Under the pieces are notes generated by a model. That model worked only from the letters and a program-made list of their open reading frames with translations. It was not told the DNA's origin and searched no databases. A stretch of DNA of 64,000 nucleotides from Myxococcota bacterium (lineage in GTDB: Bacteria; Myxococcota_A; UBA9160; SZUA-336), in NCBI GenBank assembly GCA_965247115.1, contig CBDFGR010000001.1, positions 192,001-256,000 on the forward strand, read 5' to 3'. Numbering within the stretch: position 1 is the first letter of the stretch; each line of letters begins with the position of its first letter. A program made the position numbers and the translations under genes. Below are positions 9,175-18,710 of this stretch, in pieces.

Positions 9175-11859
9175 ATGCGGGCTCCGAAAGCCGAAAAGCC
9201 AGGGGACGTGCGCCTTCGGACTGCTTCAAGACCGGCGCTCAGCGCGCTTGCCGCCGCCTTCCTTGCGGCGGCTCCCCTCGCCCGAGGAGAGACTCCCTCC
9301 CCAGGCCCCGGGACGGCCGGAGGTACCGCCGGGACGCTCGAGGCGCCAGGCCCGTCGCCCCTGGAGACGGGAGCACCGGAGCCCTCCGCCGGCGGGGACA
9401 CCGAGCCTATCGAGCTCGAGCGGGGACCCGGACCGACGCTCCCAGGGAGCCCGCTGCTGACGACGGCGAGCGACTCCGAGCCGACGCTGCCGGAGGCAGC
9501 CGACGCGGAGCCGGACGGCCTTTCCCAGGCGGAGGACGAGGGCCGGGAGCCCGACCCGGCAGCCGAAGCTGCGCCCGCCCAGCTCCAGGACGCGCAGCGT
9601 TCGGCGGCGTCGATGCCGGTAGCGCCTGCAGCACCGCGTCGCCGGCCGGTGGTACCCGACACCTACGACAGCTGGGCGGGCCTGCTCGAGAGCTCACTGC
9701 GCGACGCCGGGGACTCGGTGCCAAGAGGCTGGCGCCCCGGGCTCGCGCAGTTTCGCGTCTGGGCAGCGTCGCTCTCCGGCACCTGGATCGGACTCGCCCT
9801 GGCGACGGCATTCCTGGCGCTTCTCGGAGCGCTGCGCGTGCTGCGTCGGCCGGGTGACCTCATTGTCTGCGTCGAGTACCCGTCGGAGCTGCGCGGCAGC
9901 TTCAGTGTCGAGCTGACCAAGAAGAGGCCCAGCCTCGAGCGCTCGCAGCGTGGCGCGCGCGACACGCGTCACCGGCGCGCATCGACCCCAACCCTGCACT
10001 GCATGGTCGCGCGTGAGACGGAGTTCTCGCGCCTGCGACCGCGAAGCTATTGGATTCGCCTGGAAGGAACGCTGCAGAGCCCGGATGCCGGGGGCAGCGT
10101 AATGCGAGAGCATGTCGACACGCGCTGCATCGACGTGAGACGAGGGGAGACCGTTCGACTCGACTTCGACCTCCGACCTCAGGGCTGTCCGCTCGACGTG
10201 AAGGTGCTGTGGGACGGCAAGCCGGTTCCGGACGCATCTGTCGCGGTCATGGGACTTCCCGAGAGCCTTCGGTATGCGCGCGGGGGAACGGCTCGCCTGG
10301 AGCTGCCCATCGGCAAGCACCGCGTCGCCGCCGGGAGTCGCGACCGGGTGGGAGAGCTCGACGTCGACATCGAGAGTCATGAACACCGGTCTTTCACCAT
10401 CGAGCTCTCCGGTGCCGAGGGCATCGTCTTCAAGGGCTGCCCGCCAGCGATCGAGCCGTACCTGCTCGGCGAGCTCGAGGCAGCCGCACAGGCGCTCGAG
10501 CGAGAGGGTCAGGAGCCGCTCGCGCACACGCTCCTCGCACGTTTCCACGAGCAGAGCGGCGAGGCCGAACGCGCTGCCGACCACTACCAGACCGCGGGTC
10601 TCTACCAGGACGCGGGCCGACTGCGGGCCTCCGTCTCCGACTTCGTGGGCGCGGCGACCCTGTTTCGCCAAGCGGGGGAAGCCGGGAGCCAGGACGAGGC
10701 GATGAGGCTGCTCGAGCAGGTGCAGCCCCACGACTCGGCCTACTTCGATGCCTGCTTGATGCTGGCGGACCTGTTCGAGTGCGCCGGTCAGCTCGACGAG
10801 GCAACAGCGAAGCTCGAGCTCGGCATTACTGGTATCCGAGACGAGGACCGCGCTGCCGAGCTCCGATCGCGCCTCGCCGAGCTGCTCGGGAGAAACGGCG
10901 ACGACGAGCGTTCCCTCGAGGTGCTCCAACAGCTCCAGGAGAGCAAGCCCGACTATCCCAACCTCACCACACGCATCGAGACCCTGCGGAAGAAGCTCTC
11001 CGCCGAGCGGACCTCTGACGATCCAGGAGAGACCGTCGTGGATCCCGTGCGCGTGACGGATTCCGGGAGTCGCTACGACATCCTCGAGCAGATCGGGCGC
11101 GGCGGCATGGGCGTCGTGTTCAAGGCTCGGGACCGCAGGCTCGGTCGTCTCGTGGCCCTCAAGCAGCTGCCCGAGAACCTCCGAGATCACCCCACCGCCG
11201 CTGAGCTCTTTCTCCGCGAAGCACGGGCCGCGGCGGCACTGAACCATCAGAACATCGTCACGCTGTTCGACGCGGACGAGGAGTACGGCAAGTTCTTCAT
11301 CACCATGGAGCTGCTCGAGGGGTCTCCGGTGAACAAGATCCTGCGGGAGAGCGGCCCCGTCAGCGCTCAGGTGTGTGCCCGGCTTGGTCTCCAGATCGCG
11401 GCTGGACTCGAGTACGCGCATGGCCGCGGAATCGTCCATCGCGACATCAAGTCAGGGAACCTGTTCTGGACCAATGACAAGGTCCTCAAGATCATGGACT
11501 TCGGCCTGGCCAAGATGATCGAGGAGGTCCGGCGCTCCACGACCGTGATCGGGGGCACGCCCTACTACATGGCACCCGAGCAGATCAGTGGGAAGGGAGT
11601 GAGTGCACGGGCCGACATCTACGCGCTCGGTGTCACGCTGTTCGAGCTGCTGACGGGCTCCGTCCCCTTTCCCGACGGGGACGTCCCCTACCACCACCGC
11701 CACACGCCGCCGCCGGACCCGCGCTCCCGGTCTGCGAACGTGCCCGCTGCCCTCGCTTCGCTGATCCTCGACATGCTCGAGAAGCAGCCGGAGCTGCGCT
11801 GTGGCAGTGCCGCAGAGGTTGCACAGCGCCTGACACCCCTGGCAGGCGAGCCGAGCTAA
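9175..11859 (+). CDS. Membrane-anchored Ser/Thr protein kinase with TPR region
   Basis: Signal-like N-terminus, low-complexity region, TM, TPR-like helices, kinase motifs GRGGMG, VALK, HRDIK, DFG, APE. Confidence 0.9.
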   Translation: MRAPKAEKPGDVRLRTASRPALSALAAAFLAAAPLARGETPSPGPGTAGGTAGTLEAPGPSPLETGAPEPSAGGDTEPIELERGPGPTLPGSPLLTTASDSEPTLPEAADAEPDGLSQAEDEGREPDPAAEAAPAQLQDAQRSAASMPVAPAAPRRRPVVPDTYDSWAGLLESSLRDAGDSVPRGWRPGLAQFRVWAASLSGTWIGLALATAFLALLGALRVLRRPGDLIVCVEYPSELRGSFSVELTKKRPSLERSQRGARDTRHRRASTPTLHCMVARETEFSRLRPRSYWIRLEGTLQSPDAGGSVMREHVDTRCIDVRRGETVRLDFDLRPQGCPLDVKVLWDGKPVPDASVAVMGLPESLRYARGGTARLELPIGKHRVAAGSRDRVGELDVDIESHEHRSFTIELSGAEGIVFKGCPPAIEPYLLGELEAAAQALEREGQEPLAHTLLARFHEQSGEAERAADHYQTAGLYQDAGRLRASVSDFVGAATLFRQAGEAGSQDEAMRLLEQVQPHDSAYFDACLMLADLFECAGQLDEATAKLELGITGIRDEDRAAELRSRLAELLGRNGDDERSLEVLQQLQESKPDYPNLTTRIETLRKKLSAERTSDDPGETVVDPVRVTDSGSRYDILEQIGRGGMGVVFKARDRRLGRLVALKQLPENLRDHPTAAELFLREARAAAALNHQNIVTLFDADEEYGKFFITMELLEGSPVNKILRESGPVSAQVCARLGLQIAAGLEYAHGRGIVHRDIKSGNLFWTNDKVLKIMDFGLAKMIEEVRRSTTVIGGTPYYMAPEQISGKGVSARADIYALGVTLFELLTGSVPFPDGDVPYHHRHTPPPDPRSRSANVPAALASLILDMLEKQPELRCGSAAEVAQRLTPLAGEPS

Positions 11860-11953
11860 AAGATCGGCTTCTCGATCGGGCCCCATGCACGGGTCGATGC
11901 CAGCATGATGGTTGCAACGAACCGAGTGTTGGTCTCGGCTGTCGCGTCCTGGC

Positions 11954-11981
11954 TAAAGATCCGCGCAGCTGTCACCGAATA
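11954..11981 (+). promoter_or_regulatory. Sigma28-like promoter upstream of riboswitch/pilX
   Basis: TAAA-N16-ACCGAATA. Confidence 0.4.
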
Positions 11982-12065
11982 GGTGCTCATGAGCCGAGGC
12001 TTCAGCGAAGTCGCGGCTCGCTGGGAGAATCACAACCGAGACGGGTGGCGTTACACCGCCCGCTC

Positions 12066-12158
12066 CTCAGGAAAAGGCAAACCGCCGAGAGGCGGTGACG
12101 CAAAGCCAGTGCCCATCCCTTGCGCTGCGCGCGAGGCCGGGTCGAACGGCTGCCAATG
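12066..12158 (+). ncRNA. c-di-GMP-I (GEMM) riboswitch
   Basis: GGCAAACCGCC-GAGA-GGCGGTGACGCAAAGCC...GGCTGCC: GNRA-capped P2, GACGCAAAGC junction and 3' GGYYRCC match the GEMM-I consensus; in the pilX leader. Confidence 0.85.
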
Positions 12159-12167
12159 GGGGCAATC

Positions 12168-12710
12168 ATGCTCGCGCCTTGGCAGCCGCACCCGCTGCAA
12201 GTAGAGATCAGGGAACACGTAAGACTCCGAGGCCGCGGTGAGGCGGGGATCGCTCTCCTCATCACCGTAATCCTGCTTCTCCTGCTCTCCGCAATCGGTC
12301 TCGCCGCGCTCCAGAGCGCGCACGGCGAGGCGTCGGCCGGCGGGCGCTCCGCGCGCAAGCTGCGGACCTTCTTCGCCGCCGACGGCGCGTTCAGCCTCGT
12401 CTCGGGGCAGCTCGACCAGGGCAACGCGCAGTACCCCGATACGACCGCGCTCGATGAGACCCAGTTCGTGCAGGGGAGGGCGGGCCTCTACACGAGGGTG
12501 CGGACGGGGACGAGCGACAACGCCGTCCCGCAGGAGATCCGTCTCGTGGGCCGTACCCGTCGCGAAGGCGACCAGCTGAACGTCAATGCAGGCAACACCT
12601 TCTCGTTTGGCATCTACCGGGCAGACGTCGTCGCGACGGATCCCGTAGGGGGACGCGCCGAGCTCCAGGCGCAGTACCGCGTCAGCGAGGGAGCGGACAC
12701 CTACCGATGA
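12168..12710 (+). CDS. PilX-like minor pilin
   Basis: Class III-like signal RGEAG|IALLITVILLLLLSAIGLAA lacking Glu5, FFAADG; overlaps pilY1 start. Confidence 0.75.
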   Translation: MLAPWQPHPLQVEIREHVRLRGRGEAGIALLITVILLLLLSAIGLAALQSAHGEASAGGRSARKLRTFFAADGAFSLVSGQLDQGNAQYPDTTALDETQFVQGRAGLYTRVRTGTSDNAVPQEIRLVGRTRREGDQLNVNAGNTFSFGIYRADVVATDPVGGRAELQAQYRVSEGADTYR

Positions 12711-15700
12711 AAAGCCTGCTCCTCGCGCTCGTGCTTACCTTGATGCCTGCGCACGCATACGCCCAGTCGGACCTCGACGTCGTCACCAGTGCTGTCCCTC
12801 CAAACGTCATGATCCTGCTCGACAACTCCGGCTCGATGGCACACGCGATGTGGCACGACGACTTCGATCCAAAGCGGTTCCACGACCTGGGTAGCGTAGG
12901 GAGTGAGTGCAACATCGGGGCGGTCCCTGCGATCGACGGCTCGGAGGGACTCTGCCAGGGAAGTGGAGACGCGCTCGATCGCTGCCCGGACAACGGTAAC
13001 CGGCGGCGCTCCGGACAGGACGTGAACTGTGCGAGCAGTGCGATCCCCGGGGGCTGCGCCGCTGCCCCGGTCGGCTGGGACTGCTCCCTGCAAGGGGGCC
13101 GGTATCGCTTCGACCTGCCGGACATCACGAGCGGGGGCAACACCAGCTGGTCGCGGAACTACCTGGGCTGGCTCTTCCAGGAGATCGTCGACGGCAACAC
13201 CCCGACAATCCCGATGGCGGACCGGATCGACACGGCCAGGAACGCGCTGCTGGAGCTGATCGACCTGATCAATCCTCCTGCGATGAGAGAGAACGTCCGC
13301 TTCGGACTCACGAACTTCGCCTCGGGTGGTGATCCCGACGGCGGGGTGATCACCGAGCCGATCGCGAGCGGCAACAGGGCCTCCCTCATCGACGAGGTAG
13401 AAGATATCGAGCCCTCGGGCTGGACGCCGCTGGCCGAGACGCTGGTCGACATCGCCGAGTACATGTCCGGCGACGCGTCCGTGGGCAGCTGCCTGGCTTC
13501 CGGTGCGATCGACCCCTCCAACCCGATGGAGGACGCCGCCTGCCGAAAGAACTTCGTCGTGATCCTGACCGACGGGGAGCCGACAAGGGACGACTTCAGC
13601 AACGGGCCCGGCACGGCAGACTTCGTCTGCGCGATCGGGAACGCGGACGGCGACACCAACGAGGTTCCCGACCCGTACAGCGGTCGCACCGACAGCCCCC
13701 CGTACCAGTCCCTCGGAACCGACTGGCTGGATGACGTGGCCTACCAGATCTACAACAACGATCTCCGGCCCGATCTACCGGGGCCCCAGAACATCGTCAC
13801 CTATACGGTGGGCTTCACGATCGACCACCCCCTGCTTCGCGACACCGCGACGAACAGCATGGCCCAGTACTTTGTCGCGCGAAATGCGGGCGAGCTTGCG
13901 GCAACGCTCCAGGCGGCGCTCCTCGATATCATCGAGCGGTCGACCTCGTTCAGCGCGACGACCGTACCATCGAGCCGCACGGCATTCGGCGACGGCATGT
14001 TCGTCGCCTCGTTCATTTCGAGACAGGGGAACGGATTCTGGGAGGGTCATATCGAGGCCTACCGGCTCTCAGCGGCACTGGAGGTGCTCGACCGGGACGG
14101 GAATCCCGCGATCGATACGGCGGACGTCTTCATCGAGCCGCGAAAGCCGTTCTGGGACGTCTACGAGCGCATGCTCGATCCGAGCCACCCGGCTCGTCAG
14201 ATTCACACGACGCTGGCGGGCGCGCAGACCCGTTTCGACGCAGGAAGCATCAACGCTTCTGAGCTCGCCTTGCAGCCTGCAGAGCTCAACCTGTATCCGA
14301 ACGATCCTGCTGTACCCTTTGCGGATGCGGAGACGCTGGCGGACGCGCTCGTGGACTATCTTTACGGCCAGGACGTCTTCGACGCGGATCGCGATGGGGA
14401 CGCGGTCGAGCGGAGAGAAGCGGTACTCGGAGACGTCTTCCACTCGAATCCGCTCGTGATCGGCTCGCCCCCACCCGGTCTGCGCAACGAGGAGGGCTAC
14501 GGGCCGATCGGCCAGCCGGGCACCTTCCTCGGGCGCTACAGGGACAGGCCGCGGCGCCTCTACGCTGGCGCGAACGACGGGATGCTTCACGCGATCGAGG
14601 CCGGCGACTTCAACCCTGGAGACAACCCGGCGACGCCCGAGCTCGAGAACGACTACTACGACCTGGGCACCGGCAACGAGCACTTCGCCTACATCCCGAG
14701 CTTCCTGCTGGATCGGCTCAAGCTGATCCCCCGCAACTTTCCCCGCACCGAGTACTACGTGGACGGCAGCCCCTCTGCCGCGGATGCGTGGCTCGCCCGC
14801 TCGCTCACCGACACCTCCAAGGATGCCGACGAGTGGACGACTGTCCTGGTGACGGGCATGCGCCAGGGAGGCGACGGGTATCTCGCGCTCGACGTGACCG
14901 ATCCGAGGGCGACCACGGGGGCGCACGGGCCCTACCCGAAGCTGCTCTGGGAGCTTGACGATCCCGCCATCCCGCTGGGCGAGACCTGGTCGGATCCGAT
15001 CATCAGTCGGATCAAGGTCAAGGGAGGGACGGGCTTCGGAGATCACTGTGGCGCGGCGGGCGACGACGGGGACTGTCGCGAGCAGTGGGTCGCGATCTTT
15101 GGCGGAGGGTACCGCTCGCAAGGCGATCCGAACATGCCAACGTACGTCTCGAATCCTGGCGATTCGGCATGGAGCGACGACAGCAAGGCGATCTTCGTCG
15201 TCGATCTCGCGACAGGGCAGATCCTTGCACAGGTGGCCTACGACCCGAGCGATCCGCAGCTGAGCCAGATGACCTACTCGCTGCCGAGCTCGCCCGCCGT
15301 GCTCGACCTCGACTTCGACGGTTTTGCCGATCTCGTCTACATCGGTGACGCGGGCGGACAGCTCTGGAAGTGGGATATCTCGGAGCTGGCGGAGGACGGG
15401 GACAACGATGGCCTCTTCGACAACTGGCCTGCCGGCGTCTTCTTCCGCACTCCTCCAGCTGGCTCTCATCACCGAAGCATCTTCCTGCCGCCGGTGGCCA
15501 CCTTCCTTTCCGGCAAGCTCGTCGTTGCCTTCGGAACCGGAGAGCGAACGGACCTGAACTACCCCGGCGATCCATCGGCCGATGACAACAATCGCTTCTA
15601 CGTGATCCGCGATCCCAATCCAACCGGAGTCGCTTCCATTCCGGGCGCGGCGTACGGGGAATTTGATCTCAGCAACGTCACGGGCTTGCCGTCGGACCCC

Positions 15701-16093
15701 GACCCCACGGACTTCGGCTACTACTTCGTCGCCGACGAGGGCGAGAAGTTCATCACGAACCACGCCGCGTTTGGAGGGGTTCTGATCACGACAAGCTACC
15801 GGCCGGACGACGGGACGGGGGATGTTTGCGATGTGTCGGGGCAAGCCTTTGCGCACATCTTCGATCTGGCCTCTGCGGAGGGCTTTTTCGATCCGGCCAT
15901 CTCGTCCAACCAGGCCCGTCGGATCGCCTCGGGCGTGGGGGTCCCCTCAGATCCGAGAATCACGCTGTCCACCTCGGACGACGGCGGCGTGAAGATCCTG
16001 CTGAAATCTTCCGCGGGCCAGCTCGTCACGATCGACGCTCCCGGTCTGGCGCCGGACCCCGTCGACCTCGTCTACTGGCGCCAGCGATTCTGA
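12707..16093 (+). CDS. pilY1: PilY1/PilC pilus tip adhesin with vWA domain
   Basis: PNVMILLDNSGSM (MIDAS), WTPLAETL, LTDG, LGDVFHS, GANDGMLH, YYVDGSP, GETWSDP, DLDFDGFAD, FGTG. Confidence 0.92.
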   Translation: MKSLLLALVLTLMPAHAYAQSDLDVVTSAVPPNVMILLDNSGSMAHAMWHDDFDPKRFHDLGSVGSECNIGAVPAIDGSEGLCQGSGDALDRCPDNGNRRRSGQDVNCASSAIPGGCAAAPVGWDCSLQGGRYRFDLPDITSGGNTSWSRNYLGWLFQEIVDGNTPTIPMADRIDTARNALLELIDLINPPAMRENVRFGLTNFASGGDPDGGVITEPIASGNRASLIDEVEDIEPSGWTPLAETLVDIAEYMSGDASVGSCLASGAIDPSNPMEDAACRKNFVVILTDGEPTRDDFSNGPGTADFVCAIGNADGDTNEVPDPYSGRTDSPPYQSLGTDWLDDVAYQIYNNDLRPDLPGPQNIVTYTVGFTIDHPLLRDTATNSMAQYFVARNAGELAATLQAALLDIIERSTSFSATTVPSSRTAFGDGMFVASFISRQGNGFWEGHIEAYRLSAALEVLDRDGNPAIDTADVFIEPRKPFWDVYERMLDPSHPARQIHTTLAGAQTRFDAGSINASELALQPAELNLYPNDPAVPFADAETLADALVDYLYGQDVFDADRDGDAVERREAVLGDVFHSNPLVIGSPPPGLRNEEGYGPIGQPGTFLGRYRDRPRRLYAGANDGMLHAIEAGDFNPGDNPATPELENDYYDLGTGNEHFAYIPSFLLDRLKLIPRNFPRTEYYVDGSPSAADAWLARSLTDTSKDADEWTTVLVTGMRQGGDGYLALDVTDPRATTGAHGPYPKLLWELDDPAIPLGETWSDPIISRIKVKGGTGFGDHCGAAGDDGDCREQWVAIFGGGYRSQGDPNMPTYVSNPGDSAWSDDSKAIFVVDLATGQILAQVAYDPSDPQLSQMTYSLPSSPAVLDLDFDGFADLVYIGDAGGQLWKWDISELAEDGDNDGLFDNWPAGVFFRTPPAGSHHRSIFLPPVATFLSGKLVVAFGTGERTDLNYPGDPSADDNNRFYVIRDPNPTGVASIPGAAYGEFDLSNVTGLPSDPDPTDFGYYFVADEGEKFITNHAAFGGVLITTSYRPDDGTGDVCDVSGQAFAHIFDLASAEGFFDPAISSNQARRIASGVGVPSDPRITLSTSDDGGVKILLKSSAGQLVTIDAPGLAPDPVDLVYWRQRF

Positions 16094-16107
16094 GCGAAGG
16101 AGCTGTG

Positions 16108-16395
16108 ATGCGTCTCTGCTGGATACTCACTGCCGCGCTGATGCTGGGTCCGATCTCAGGTGTACTCGCTGCCGAGGACGCCATCGCCGCGAGCGCCGAG
16201 CGCCCGGTCTCCGGACACGTGACGGCCGTCGCGCCTCAGTCCGGGAGGCTCTCGCTCGACGCCACAGTCTTCCACGTGCCCAGCCGCGTCTACGATCTGC
16301 GCAAGCTGTCTGTGGGCACGTACGTGGTGGTCACCTTCAAACGCTCCTACGGAAGACGCGTCGCGACTTCCATCGAGATCGTCGAACCTTCGTGA
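16108..16395 (+). CDS. Small exported OB-fold-like protein (DUF5666-like)
   Basis: RBS AAGGAG, signal peptide, G.VTAV...LSVG..VVV.F...A..IE. Confidence 0.6.
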   Translation: MRLCWILTAALMLGPISGVLAAEDAIAASAERPVSGHVTAVAPQSGRLSLDATVFHVPSRVYDLRKLSVGTYVVVTFKRSYGRRVATSIEIVEPS

Positions 16396-16455
16396 GCCTA
16401 TTGCAGTTGCGGCTCGGGTGTACCATCTCTCTTTGGCGCACCGGAAGGAAAATCG

Positions 16456-17286
16456 GTGAAGAAGCGACTGATTCTGGCCGTGTTCTGCGTGGTTCCCCTT
16501 CTCCTTCTCGGTTGTGGGGGAGAGGAGGGGGGTGGTGAGACCGGCCAGGCGAGCGGCGCCGGGCCGCAGCAGCCCGCGACAGGTGCTGCCACCGACGAAG
16601 GGAAGCCGTGGGACTCCGCGCTGGGTACCGCGACCGTCACGGGGACCGTGCAATTCGTGGGCAAAGCGCCGCGAATGCGGCCCATCGACATGGCGGGCGC
16701 CGACGAGAAATGTGCGGAGCTCCACGGTGGCGAGCGACAACTGCCCGAGACCGTCATCGTCAATGACAACGGAACGCTCCGGAACGTGTTCGTCTGGGTC
16801 AAGACGGGTATCGACGGCTGGAGCTTTCCCATGCCCGAGGCCGACGCCCTGCTGGATCAGAAGGGCTGTACGTACCACCCGCACGTTCTAGGCATGCGCA
16901 CGGGCCAGTCACTCACGGTGAAGACTAGCGATCCTACGGCGCACAATGTCCACGCCTTTGGGAAGGCGAACCGGTCCTTCAACCGCTCGCAGCCGGCGGG
17001 TGCTGACGACATCGCCGTCCGCATGCGCCGGGATGAGGCGAGCCCTCCCATGAAGGTGAAGTGCGACATCCACCCCTGGATGAACTCCTACGTCGCCGTG
17101 GTGAGCCATCCCTACTTTGCGGTGACCGGACCCGACGGCTCGTTTGTGTTGCCGAATCTCCCCCCGGGAACCTACGAGATCGAGGCCTGGCACGAGAGGT
17201 ACGAGACGATCAAGAAAACCGTCACCATCGGCGACAACGAAACCCAGACCCTCGAGTTCACCTACGAAGGCTCCCCGACGTCCTAG
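16456..17286 (+). CDS. Lipoprotein with cupredoxin-like and carboxypeptidase-regulatory-like domains
   Basis: Lipobox LLGC; LDQKGC.Y.PHV, HNVH, KCDIHPWM, LPPGTYEIEAWHE. Confidence 0.8.
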   Translation: MKKRLILAVFCVVPLLLLGCGGEEGGGETGQASGAGPQQPATGAATDEGKPWDSALGTATVTGTVQFVGKAPRMRPIDMAGADEKCAELHGGERQLPETVIVNDNGTLRNVFVWVKTGIDGWSFPMPEADALLDQKGCTYHPHVLGMRTGQSLTVKTSDPTAHNVHAFGKANRSFNRSQPAGADDIAVRMRRDEASPPMKVKCDIHPWMNSYVAVVSHPYFAVTGPDGSFVLPNLPPGTYEIEAWHERYETIKKTVTIGDNETQTLEFTYEGSPTS

Positions 17287-17301
17287 CGGCGCGGAGACTT
17301 G

Positions 17302-17724
17302 TCAGATCGCCTTGATACCTGCCTCGGCGATCTCGAGGTCGACCTCCTCGGGAGCGCCGCTCACTCCGATCGCCCCGATCACCTTGTCGCCCAGACGCAC
17401 CGGCAGCGCGCCCTTGGCCACCATTATGCGGCCGCCGCGCATGGTGCTCATCGCGCGGAACCAGTTCTCATTCTTTATCCCATCCAGCTGCGCGCCGGTG
17501 GCGGAGAACATCGCCGACGTGTATGCCAGGCCATAGGCGATATCGAAGTTGAAAGCGCCGGAGCCGTCCATGCGGCTGAGTGCGGCGATCTCGCCGGCGG
17601 TGTCAACCACCACGACGGTCACCGCGGACGCGCTCGAGGGAGAGCGAGCGGAGCTTCCGAGCGCCTTGGCCTTCCCGATTGCGGCGTCCACGACCTGTTG
17701 TGCCTGAGCAGCCGTGATAGACAT
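17302..17724 (-). CDS. GlcG/HbpS-family heme-binding protein (copy 1)
   Basis: VVVD..G....RMDG, A..AYT, GALP....IGAIGVSG. Confidence 0.85.
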   Translation of the reverse strand: MSITAAQAQQVVDAAIGKAKALGSSARSPSSASAVTVVVVDTAGEIAALSRMDGSGAFNFDIAYGLAYTSAMFSATGAQLDGIKNENWFRAMSTMRGGRIMVAKGALPVRLGDKVIGAIGVSGAPEEVDLEIAEAGIKAI

Positions 17725-17775
17725 GATGGTCCTCCCGTAGATAGGGACCTAGTAGGCCATCGAATACCGCAGAGG

Positions 17776-18476
17776 TCAACTGGGAGTTGCCTCTCGCGTG
17801 CGTTCGGTCAGTACAGGACGACCGGCTGCGCGGTCGGCGGCAGCTCGAGCCGGATCCCGGCCGCCGCGCTGCGCGCGATGACGTCCCGCATGGCGTCGTC
17901 GAACCCGTTGGCCAGTATGCCCGCCTTGGGTGAGCTCCTCGTGCAGGGGTCGCGTGAAGTCGTCCCAATGGATCGCGAGGATCCGCGCGGGCGCGACCGC
18001 TCCGACGACGTGCGTCCAGTAGCCGCCGCGGTACTCGGCGTCCATTGTGCCGAGACCCCCGATCCCGAGGAACACGACGTCGGCGCTCAGGTCGTCGAGC
18101 GCGTTGTCGAGCTAGCCCGCACTGCCCTGCACCAGAGCGCTCCCGCGCGGGTGCTCGACCAGGATCGAGTAACTCCGAGGCGCTCCAACCACGCCTCGAC
18201 GGTGGCGACGTCCGGCTCGACGAGCGGGTCCCCGCTACCGTCCAGCGCGAGCTCAATCGCGGGCCGGGAGAAGAAGCCGTCAGTCATGAGCGCGGTCTCG
18301 CCGTCGTCGAAAAGCAGCGTTGCGGTGCCGAGGAACGTCGCCGTTACCGCGCCGGGCTCCTTCCCGGCCTCTGTGAAGTAGTCGCGGTAGGCGTCGAGGG
18401 GGTTCTCAGGGCCGCAGGCCAGCAGGGCACTGAGCGACAAGCTCAGGATTACACGGCGAAGCGTCGCAGCAATCAC
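17776..18476 (-). pseudogene. MBL-fold metallohydrolase lipoprotein remnant (internal deletion/frameshift)
   Basis: N-part TFLGTATLLFDDGETALMTDGFFSRP and C-part FLGIGGLG...IHWDDFTRPL lie in separate ORFs; central HxHxDH metal motif absent. Confidence 0.7.
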
Positions 18477-18710
18477 GACCGGAAGCGTGACCGGAGCCGC
18501 ATGAAGTAGGTGCGGCTGTCCATCGACGTCACGTGGCAGTTCTCCAAGACGAGTGTAGACAGGTTGGGCATGGTCGGTCTACTCGCTCGTCTCTATCTTC
18601 TCATCGAGGGGTAGTGCTGAACTGGTGCCTACGAGGCTCGAGAGGCTATGATCGCCGTCATACCGTGCCGTATTCGGCGACCGCCACCCCCCAGAGTTGA
18701 GGAGCAGATC

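Noticed and set aside
11899..11918. Sigma54 promoter (CAGCAT-N5-TTGCA)
   Set aside because: Invariant -24 GG is absent
18548..18595. Imperfect hairpin upstream of the amidohydrolase
   Set aside because: Bulged stem with no U-tract or recognisable RNA motif; not enough support
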